A stretch of 64,000 bases of DNA from positions 64,001 to 128,000 of the IMG/VR virus record IMGVR_UViG_3300018080_000112. One strand, given 5' to 3'. Below the pieces are notes generated by a model. The model was given only the letters and a program-made list of their open reading frames with translations. It searched no databases and was not told the origin of the DNA. Numbering within the stretch: position 1 is the first letter of the stretch; each line of letters opens with the position of its first letter. The DNA comes from a virus. The position numbers and the translations under genes were made by a program. Of this stretch, positions 55,980-64,000 are shown in pieces.

Positions 55980-58817
55980 TTACCGGTTGTAGAGATACAC
56001 GTCATTGTCACTCAGACCATCATTCAAGTACAAACCGCCGACAGAGCCAGACGGCGCGGGTAACGTAACCGCCGGAGTCGCGCCAGCTAACATCTCTCGC
56101 ATACGTCCACCAGCGTTCCAGGAGCCGCCAGTGAGGTCGAAGATCGCAATTGACGGGAATCCTATCGGTGAAGTTGGACTGAACTTGTTCCCTGATACCA
56201 TGTTCTCTGTTGCGTTTCTCATATCATAGTGGCGCTCTTCCGATGCTGAAGACCGATTTCCGAGAAGCGAACTCCCCGTCATGCTCTGGAGGTCATAGCC
56301 CGTCTTGTTGTTGCGACAGATGTTATTGACAATCGTCGCATCCTCGCCATTGACCAATTGAAGACCGGTCTCTGTGTTTGTAGTGTAGTTCCCGCTGACC
56401 TTTGTTCCCCACGCACCCCGGATACTCATCCCGAATGACGTTGCAATTGAAGAAGAGACCCCTATCGCTTTATTGTTCTCAATTACCCCAGAACGACAAT
56501 AACCACCTCCCGCAAGCGACCCCAAAAGATAGGACTGGATCACATCTTCAACATAATTTCCAACGATGTTACAAGCCGCAAGGTCACGGAACCGGACCCC
56601 AATAGACTGATCAGAAGAAGGAACACCAGCGCTGTTGTTTTTCAGAAAACGATTATAAAGGAAGTTGAGTTGTGTCGCCGAACCTGGAACCCACATGCGA
56701 GCTTCCGCCGTGATCCCGATGCTGATCTCGTGTCGATTCGCAAAGTAAGCCCCCACAAAGGGATTATTGATCTTGACGCCGTATTCAGATGCAACCCCCA
56801 CAATCCGATTATCCACGATAAAGGAATTGTTTAAGGACTCGAACGCAAGTATGCGCTCGTGATGTGACATCGTGTCATCAATACAATTGATTCGAGACGA
56901 CTGAAAAACAGAGTTCTCAAAAGAATCAAAAGAGAGACCACGACCGGCTGTGATGAACTGACAATTTTCAATTGTCCAGCCCACTGCGGACCCGAAATTT
57001 GCAGTCAGAATATCAGAAGCAACGTAACGACCGTCCACTTTGCAGTTGATGAATTGCACCGTGGTACAACTGGAAAAGTTCAACAACTTACCAACACCAC
57101 GAATCGTCATATCACGGAAAGTGATGCTCGAACAACTAGACAAGCTGAAGATCTTGTGCTCATCAATTGTAGTATCTGACAAGCCGTAATCAAGGATCGT
57201 ATTGTCCAGACCTTCGCCCTGGAAAGTGAGACCATTCGCGCCAGAGATGGAGAACAACGTCAGAAGCGGAAGCATCGCATCAAAGGAATGCACACCTGTA
57301 CGGAACAGAATGATGCCACCACCCCGCACAGAAACAACACGCTGGATCGCCGTGCTGATCTCTCCGAATTGCGTTGTATATGTTGTGGGTCCGTCACTCT
57401 GTGGAACATCTGCGCTGACAGCGTGTGACGCCGCAATCGGTCGCACCGTCAGAGCCGGTCCTTTCCCGCCAGAAATTCGATTGGTGATGTTTGTGAAAGT
57501 CACGCCGCTGTGAACATCAATACGACCCGCCAACACCTCATCATCCAGAGCGTTCAACCCACGATAATCAGAGTTCGGTGTCGGTTTTCCTACCCAATTC
57601 GCTTGTCTGTGCTGGACAACACGACCTTGAGTGTTCGGCGCAAGACCTTCCTTCCACTCCGGATAATTGGACTGTTTGTTGAGATACAGCCGCGTGACGC
57701 CAGAAACATCTTCGGCGTCATTCCCCTTCACCTGTGCATAGAACCCACGCCAATTGTTGTTGTACACCTGGAAAGTAGTGTTGATAAGCTGGTCCGCTTC
57801 TGTGTTGAGATAAGCACCCGTCCAAGGCCAAGCGAGCAACTTGATATCCACCCATCGCCAGTCAGGATCAACCGCTGTAATCTCCCCAAAATGCCACTGA
57901 CCAAAATCACCATCGCCGGTTGTATTGTTTTCGTTTGCGCCGTGTTTAATCTGACCAATGGCATGCGCCAAATGGTCATACGCTGACTTCCAGTCACGAA
58001 CCCACAGGTCTGAAGAGGCGTCTCCCAGGACCTCATTGGTCGCGCCATACTCAAACAAGGGCAAGAGAGGTTCAAACATACGAGGTCGCTGGTCTGTGGT
58101 CTTACGACCAATCACCTTGACGTTTCCACTGTCATAGTGACGAGCCTCGCCATAACCGACCTTGTTCACATACTGTTCTGTTCCCGCCGCCGTCACAACA
58201 GACACCAGGTCATTTCCATAGAGATCCACATCAGGATTTCCAGAAACAATCTGACCAGATGTGTTCGTTCGGATGCAGTGCAAGGGAAGGATGTATGTGT
58301 CGTTGTCACTGAAACGAGCGGGGGCATACCCAGAACTGGACCGGAGTCCTACCGGATTGCTCCGCATAGGTTGCACAATTCTCCAGTACACTGTCTGGCG
58401 CGTGTAAACTTGCGGAATAGGAATCTCTTGTCCATCCGGCAACGGGTCTGGATTGTCAACAGTTGAGTCCCAAAAAGCACGCTGGTCCGCATCACTGTTC
58501 AATGCATAGAATTCAACCTCAAGCCAGTACTCTGTTTGATTGGCTCCTAGCTTGACCCGCTGAGCGCTTGTTCCAGTTTGACCATTGATGAATTGACCAT
58601 TCCAGTCATAACCGCGACCATTGAAGATATCGATCTGACCGACCTGAGATCCCACTTGCGGCAAAATGCGCACGTCGAACCCGTCCAGCACACCGACACC
58701 TGTCACCAAACGAGCGAGATCCTTTTGGAGATTCGATGGATACTCACGAGTTGCATAATCAACATCCGGCTTATCCATGCGTTCGGCATTATGCCAAACT
58801 GGTCTTTTTGCTGTCAT
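55980..58817 (-). CDS. tail fibre/tailspike with right-handed parallel beta-helix
   Basis: AIQ....GGGIILF..G, LTFQGEG, repeated I.GN / I.NN beta-helix rungs. Confidence 0.75.
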   Translation of the reverse strand: MTAKRPVWHNAERMDKPDVDYATREYPSNLQKDLARLVTGVGVLDGFDVRILPQVGSQVGQIDIFNGRGYDWNGQFINGQTGTSAQRVKLGANQTEYWLEVEFYALNSDADQRAFWDSTVDNPDPLPDGQEIPIPQVYTRQTVYWRIVQPMRSNPVGLRSSSGYAPARFSDNDTYILPLHCIRTNTSGQIVSGNPDVDLYGNDLVSVVTAAGTEQYVNKVGYGEARHYDSGNVKVIGRKTTDQRPRMFEPLLPLFEYGATNEVLGDASSDLWVRDWKSAYDHLAHAIGQIKHGANENNTTGDGDFGQWHFGEITAVDPDWRWVDIKLLAWPWTGAYLNTEADQLINTTFQVYNNNWRGFYAQVKGNDAEDVSGVTRLYLNKQSNYPEWKEGLAPNTQGRVVQHRQANWVGKPTPNSDYRGLNALDDEVLAGRIDVHSGVTFTNITNRISGGKGPALTVRPIAASHAVSADVPQSDGPTTYTTQFGEISTAIQRVVSVRGGGIILFRTGVHSFDAMLPLLTLFSISGANGLTFQGEGLDNTILDYGLSDTTIDEHKIFSLSSCSSITFRDMTIRGVGKLLNFSSCTTVQFINCKVDGRYVASDILTANFGSAVGWTIENCQFITAGRGLSFDSFENSVFQSSRINCIDDTMSHHERILAFESLNNSFIVDNRIVGVASEYGVKINNPFVGAYFANRHEISIGITAEARMWVPGSATQLNFLYNRFLKNNSAGVPSSDQSIGVRFRDLAACNIVGNYVEDVIQSYLLGSLAGGGYCRSGVIENNKAIGVSSSIATSFGMSIRGAWGTKVSGNYTTNTETGLQLVNGEDATIVNNICRNNKTGYDLQSMTGSSLLGNRSSASEERHYDMRNATENMVSGNKFSPTSPIGFPSIAIFDLTGGSWNAGGRMREMLAGATPAVTLPAPSGSVGGLYLNDGLSDNDVYLYNR

Positions 58818-58854
58818 AACTGATTCTCCAACCGTCAAAAATATTTAAAAGATC

Positions 58855-59532
58855 TCACTGATCTTTCGAGTTCGTTACCATTCGATGAAGGTCTTCAACA
58901 AAGGGCAAGTGATTCTCCAATGTACCACCTTCTATCTGGTCGATCCACCACTGGAGTTCTTTTTCCACAACATCCTTGAAAGGGAACATCCAATAATACC
59001 AGCGACCCACAAATTGCTTTGTGATCCACACTGGCGGTTTCATCTTCTTTTCTGTTCCTTCGTTGTAGCGCCAATGGCTGATCGCCATTGTCATCCCGAA
59101 AGCTCGCATCTCGTACTTCTTTCGCCAGTACGCCGGGAGAGGCAACGCACACAACAAAAACAGAAGGGAGAACAACCAGCCTGCACTTCCCCAGATGGCT
59201 CCTAGCGCCAACAGACTCAACACAGCAAGGATCTGTGGAAAGAGATACAGAATTGCAAAGAGAGGACCCAACCGGCGCGAATCGTCCGCATGAATCATCT
59301 CATGGGGTAACACCTCCACAACCGTGTCATCTTCTTCGATCATCGACTTCGGAAAATAGACGGTGGACCCGATTGTTGTGATGTATCCGGTCATGAACTC
59401 CGGGTTGAAAAAGAGAATCTTGTTGATGATTTTCATCAAAAGAGACTCTTCCTTCACCTTGACGTGAACCCCACGAAAACTCGCGTACTCCTCTATCTTC
59501 TCTCGCAACTCTGATATATTGCTCATCTTCAT
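58855..59532 (-). CDS. membrane-anchored zincin-like metallopeptidase
   Basis: TTIGSTVY, HEMIH, TM hairpin, EMRA. Confidence 0.65.
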   Translation of the reverse strand: MKMSNISELREKIEEYASFRGVHVKVKEESLLMKIINKILFFNPEFMTGYITTIGSTVYFPKSMIEEDDTVVEVLPHEMIHADDSRRLGPLFAILYLFPQILAVLSLLALGAIWGSAGWLFSLLFLLCALPLPAYWRKKYEMRAFGMTMAISHWRYNEGTEKKMKPPVWITKQFVGRWYYWMFPFKDVVEKELQWWIDQIEGGTLENHLPFVEDLHRMVTNSKDQ

Positions 59533-59554
59533 TCCTTTTGTTGTCGGTTAGGAC

Positions 59555-61399
59555 CTAACCTTTCTCGCCATCGCTGTTCATGAAATCGAAAATAGAGGTT
59601 TGACCCTTTCCCTCTTTCTTGATCTTAGTCTCGATCATTTTTCGAGCTTTATCCAGCGATCCAAGCTGATCAAACTCAATTTGTTGTTTCGCCGCCTCGA
59701 CTCGCTCTGTCGCAATCTCAATATAATCAGCGTTACACTCCACACCGAGGAATCTGAATCCTTCCATCAACGCAGCAACACCTGTGGTTCCACTTCCTGT
59801 AAATGGGTCTAATACAACCCCCTCCGGCGGCGTCACCAAACGAACCAGATAGCGCATAAGCTTGATCGGTTTGACTGTGGGGTGGATATTGGTTCTCTTT
59901 GTCTCTCCGCGTTGATACGGGGTGTCTATCGGTGTGCTTCGACCATTGGTGACCTTTTTGCCATTTCGTTCCTCTAGCCCCTCCTCTTTCTCAGATCGGG
60001 ACGCTTTCGGAATGTAGATGAACGGAGGAGCCGCTTCCAGGTTTAGAAAAAACCGCGCCGCTGTCCCCTCATCCTCATAACCTGTTCTCTCCACTGGTTT
60101 TGTGACCTTGCCACCCACATAACCATCGCTTTGCCAGCCAGCTTGACCGCCTTCGTGTCCTTTACTACTCCCGCTTTGTTCCCCGAGAAGACGAACAGGA
60201 CACTGTGGAACACACACATAGTCCTTCACTTCCTCTTTGCCGTCGTTGCTTACTTGACCATCCGTGTACTGAACAGAGCCAATCCCGAACATAGAGGCGT
60301 CACCGTCTCCCTTTGACGCCTTACCACTCCCGTTTGAAGGCTTGACTCTCTTTGTTCCTTTGCAGATGCAGTCCGGGTGATGCGTCAGCAACAAGTGACT
60401 AGGCCAGCGACCCTTCAATTCTCCCTCTGTAGTCTGTCTATATGTTTCCTCAGAGGTTCTAACTTGCCAGCTTCCTTCGTCCTCGTACTTGATCACCGTC
60501 TTTGATTTGCGCCGCGCCGCCGCTGTGGATTGTTCTCCCTGAAAAGAGATCCGACAAGCGTCAATATTCACCGCGCCTGTTCCGAACTGGAGAACAGTTT
60601 CAGCAACCGACCCGATCAACGGTTTGCGAGCCAACCACCAATCTTCTACTGATGGCTTGAGCGCGAGACCATATCCTTCATACGCTTGTGCTTCTGGTGT
60701 CGCCGGTCTCGTTATAAACGCTTCCACTTCATCTTCTTGTGGTTCTGCACGTCCGTAGTTGTCGCCCTTCATATCAAAGTGACGCCCGTCAAGATTCGGA
60801 TTTGAGCCTACCACTTCTCGAAATGTTCCCGCTTCGCGTTCCAGGCGTTCACGAAGCTCATCATGGACCGAAAGAAGTTTCTTGACCGCTTCTTTGTCTC
60901 CTTCTTTCTTTGCGTCTTGCACGGCTCGCTTGGCGTCATAAAGAGCCTGTTTCTCTTCCCCGTGTTCCTTGAGCCACAGATGGAACATGTGTTTGTCTAT
61001 CGCCTTCGACACATCCATGTTTTTCGGGAATCCTGAACCCACGACGTGCGCAATTCGGTCCCTGATCTCAAAACCAGCAGACTCGATAGCCCACGCAGTC
61101 CAATGGCTTGTTCGCGGAATAGCCCAACACAACATGTGTCCACCGGGCTTGAGAACACGCAAGCAAGCGGTCATCACGTCCGTCATCCACGAGACCCACG
61201 CATCCCGACCACCCTTGTCCGTATCCCAATCTTTGTTCATGAATGCGATACCAGACGGCTACGGAGGGTCAGTCACGATTGCATCGCATGTGTTGTCCGG
61301 CAATTCCCGCAACACATCCAGGCAATCTCCCAGACGAAGCTGATATGACTCTTCGCCTAGAATTGACTGACCCAATTCTCCTTTTATTTGTTTACCCAC
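59555..61399 (-). pseudogene. beta-class N6A/N4C DNA methyltransferase with an in-frame TAG (61259-61261) in the DPP motif
   Basis: GTG start with GGGGAG RBS; GDCL...DAIVTDPP*PSGIAFMNKDWD...GSGFPK...HPTVKP...VLDPFTGSGTTG. Confidence 0.75.
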
Positions 61400-62333
61400 G
61401 GATTACTCCCCTTGACACTCCTCGTCCCATCTCATATTCATAAAACATAAGAAACCATTTTCGCAACACAAAGGAAAAAAAATGGGAAAGAAAATAGAAC
61501 GGACCTGTCCTATTTGTAAAAAAACATACACAGCCGACGAGACACGCCTCAAACACGGAAGAAATATAACATGCAGTTACTCTTGCGGAAGAAAACAAAC
61601 ACAGCAAAAAACAACCAAAAAAGTAAAACTTACGTGCCCTGTTTGCAATTCCACTTTTGAAAGGTCTCCCGGACATATCAAGAAAAACAAACATTCGTTC
61701 TGTTCCAGGGACTGTCAATACAAAGCAAGAACGATGGGAATATCCAAAAGAACCATAACCAAACCGTACACGTACACCCCCGAAAGCAAACAAGCTATGT
61801 TGGAAGCGTCCAGAAAACCAAAGGGGAAAAGAAAACACCACTGGATGATTTGCACAAACTGCGGCAAACGATTCGATGACCCCTCTTACGGAAGAAAACG
61901 AAAAAGCGGACAGACGTTCTGTTCTTTGGATTGTTGTAATGAGTTCAGAACAGGAGAAAACAACCCCGCATGGCGCGGCGGTCACCCCGCTTATTATGGA
62001 AAAAAGTGGAAACGCTTGCGAAGAGAAACAAGGAAGCGAGATCAAAACACATGCAGACGTTGTGGTATTCTTAGTAAATCCAGAAACCACGACGTGCATC
62101 ACATTAAGCCCGTATCTTCCTTCGAGGACCCAGATGACGCAAATTACTTGGACAACCTGATTACTCTTTGTCATCCTTGTCATCAGCTTGTGGAATGGAA
62201 AGGATTGGACTTCGACATTTGAACAAATGGAGTCCACAGAATTTTCTGGAAGTTCTTTCAGAGCGGTCAAACAATCGTCACAGACCAGCTTATATGATTT
62301 GTTCTCTAACAGAGAACCTGTCGCTTCCTTCAC
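61392..62333 (-). pseudogene. truncated second methylase N-terminus reading through the antisense of the HNH gene
   Basis: DDCLTALKELPENSVDSIC, then non-protein-like F/C/S-rich sequence; GGAGG RBS. Confidence 0.6.
61482..62222 (+). CDS. HNH homing endonuclease with N-terminal zinc-finger repeats
   Basis: CxxC...CS..C repeats, GENNPAWRGG, RD..CRRCG, VHHI...NLITLC..CH; A-rich composition. Confidence 0.9.
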   Translation: MGKKIERTCPICKKTYTADETRLKHGRNITCSYSCGRKQTQQKTTKKVKLTCPVCNSTFERSPGHIKKNKHSFCSRDCQYKARTMGISKRTITKPYTYTPESKQAMLEASRKPKGKRKHHWMICTNCGKRFDDPSYGRKRKSGQTFCSLDCCNEFRTGENNPAWRGGHPAYYGKKWKRLRRETRKRDQNTCRRCGILSKSRNHDVHHIKPVSSFEDPDDANYLDNLITLCHPCHQLVEWKGLDFDI

Positions 62334-62402
62334 AATCTCAACCTCCCAAAATCAAATCAGCCCCCTCTTTTCGGGAGTTGATAGCGAGATGTGAGACAAA
62401 CT

Positions 62403-64000
62403 TCACTTAAAAAGTACCGGGATCTCGATAACACGGTCCTTTTCATCGTAGAACGTAACATGTACACCAGCGGCGCGAACCTGTTCAATCAGCCACGCGA
62501 GCCGCATTAACAAAGCATTTCCGTCCAGCAACGCGGAGAAGGAAAAACCATCACGACGCGGCTGAGAATCTGTCAATGTTGAAGTCTTTACAATAGAAAC
62601 ACCGAGAACCACGGAAGGATCGATGTTACTGACTTTGAAAGCATCGTGGCTAAAATCGGGAATGAACCCGCGCTCAAACTCGAAATAACCGCTGGTTGGA
62701 GTTGTAAGTTTTACACCGTCATAATCAATCGTTTCTTGCGTACCATACGAGAAATCAAGCAACGCCTTCCCAGATTCATCAGGGAAACCGAGAGGTGTGG
62801 CAAGCACACCTGCCAGCGCTGTAAGGGGCAACTCTTCGTGATACGACGCAACTCGCGACCCGGCAAGATGTGACCGGACAAGACCAGACACATAAATTAC
62901 GTTGCTGTCTCCTCCTGTTCCCTTTCCCCAATAGTAAAGCTCAGGTCTCCCAAAAGTACCTTCAGAGGAAACCACAACACGAGATGGATAGCCCGGATGT
63001 GGATTGTCCGGATGCGTCCGCCAAGCGTTCACTTGTGCTGTTGTTGGGAGATAAGAAGCATCATCCACAACAAGATCAAAAGGCTGATAATACAACGTCA
63101 CCGGACCTGGCAACGTCACCGTCTGCAACCCCAGAGTCTTTGGAGATGTTGCGGGATCAAAAGATTCTACAAGAAGCTGATTCGCCATATAAATACGCGC
63201 ATCATTTGGGTCTGTTCTGTTGACAGACGCCAGCGCATAAATAGAAGACACGCTGTCTTTTCGAACCGTCGTGGGTCCACGAGAAGATGTGTCATACAAG
63301 TAGGGTCCAGGAAACTTACCCTCTGGCGTGGCTGGCGGAGGATAACCCGCTTCTGGAAGATGATCACTGTAGGTAGGAACAACAGGATCTGTACCATAAA
63401 TACGGCGCAGTGTTGTTCCTGCGCCGTGCGTGTTCGCTAGTGGTCTCGCCAAAGGCAAGCGCACCATTCCATTGGGGTCATCAACAAGCTCAACCCACGT
63501 CAAATTGTTCGCTATATCCGTGGAAAACGTAGGAGCCACGGCAAGCCCCAACTGAGGAACAAAGTACTCTGTGTTCCCCGTAGGAACCCACCACGTAACA
63601 CTTGAGACCTCAATTCGACCGAGATAACCCGTTGTGTCATACACACGGAAGTGCAAATTCGGCGACTGTGTTCCTTCCGCGATGCCATTCAAAGGAGCAT
63701 CAATAGAGAACAAAAAAGTGGACGCTGTGATCTCCGAAGTTAAGCGCCGTCTTTGCCAGGGAGTTCCTGTAACAAACACCAACTCTTCGCTTCCACCACC
63801 TTCGTCTAAAATCCAGGTGCCATACACATCTTCCAGCCGACAAGGACAATCAAGCCATGTGTTGTTGACAATCGAGGCATATCCGAGACCGCCGGGAACC
63901 TCATCTCGCTGAATCCAGCGGATCGTGACTCCTTTTTTCAGTCTCTTCGTAGCTGGCAACGGAGAACCCAGAGTAAACGTCAATGTGTTCGGATTGTAAC
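62403..64000 (-). CDS. virion structural protein, baseplate-like (5' end outside the window)
   Basis: T/P/G-rich beta-type composition; C-terminal LIEQVRAAGVHV resembles baseplate wedge termini; upstream of the tailspike. Confidence 0.5.
   Translation of the reverse strand, partial: YNPNTLTFTLGSPLPATKRLKKGVTIRWIQRDEVPGGLGYASIVNNTWLDCPCRLEDVYGTWILDEGGGSEELVFVTGTPWQRRRLTSEITASTFLFSIDAPLNGIAEGTQSPNLHFRVYDTTGYLGRIEVSSVTWWVPTGNTEYFVPQLGLAVAPTFSTDIANNLTWVELVDDPNGMVRLPLARPLANTHGAGTTLRRIYGTDPVVPTYSDHLPEAGYPPPATPEGKFPGPYLYDTSSRGPTTVRKDSVSSIYALASVNRTDPNDARIYMANQLLVESFDPATSPKTLGLQTVTLPGPVTLYYQPFDLVVDDASYLPTTAQVNAWRTHPDNPHPGYPSRVVVSSEGTFGRPELYYWGKGTGGDSNVIYVSGLVRSHLAGSRVASYHEELPLTALAGVLATPLGFPDESGKALLDFSYGTQETIDYDGVKLTTPTSGYFEFERGFIPDFSHDAFKVSNIDPSVVLGVSIVKTSTLTDSQPRRDGFSFSALLDGNALLMRLAWLIEQVRAAGVHVTFYDEKDRVIEIPVLFK

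Noticed and set aside
59555-61399. Genome-wide TAG recoding (code 15)
   Set aside because: Many genes (helicase, ardA, recA) end correctly at TAG and coding density is high under code 11; only one internal TAG was seen.
61262-62225. Single intron joining the upstream methylase N-terminus to the downstream body
   Set aside because: No junction restores DPP while also removing the TAG, and no group I core is recognisable by eye.
1-64000. tRNA/rRNA genes, integrase, IS elements
   Set aside because: None recognisable by eye; tRNAscan-SE would be needed to exclude tRNAs.

Overview
A 64-kb segment of a large dsDNA tailed-phage genome; the host cannot be identified from sequence. Almost all genes are on the minus strand, the exceptions being nrdJ and an HNH gene. 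From left to right the window holds: a putative early cluster (Dda/RecD-like helicase, ArdA anti-restriction protein, SWIM-finger protein); a repeat-rich non-coding zone that may hold the genome end or packaging site; deoxynucleoside kinase; lambda gpA-type large terminase; RusA; SbcC; class II RNR; SbcD; RecA; gp32-like SSB; UvsY-like protein; family A DNA polymerase with an intein; a sigma factor; a CobT/CobS-like VWA/AAA+ pair; primase; DnaB; a J-domain protein; UvsW-like helicase; a beta-helix tailspike; a disrupted DNA methylase/HNH locus; and a truncated baseplate-like gene. The most notable observations are: (1) the polA intein carries its DUF559/Vsr-like endonuclease as a separate overprinted +1-frame gene with its own RBS, while the intein frame stays open across it; (2) four otherwise dissimilar proteins end in the same 18-aa C-terminal tag; (3) four families of cis-elements: 13 copies of the palindrome GTTAGGWCCTAAC, about 33 copies of a TCAAGGCTGTTGAC-like box phased at about 31 bp, 10 copies of a GGT-N20-GTCTCTA promoter-like element, and 6 exact copies of GTCAGAAAAAAGTC; (4) a methylase locus with a duplicated N-terminus, an antisense HNH gene and an amber codon in the DPP catalytic motif. 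All product calls come from motif recognition by eye; no database search was run.
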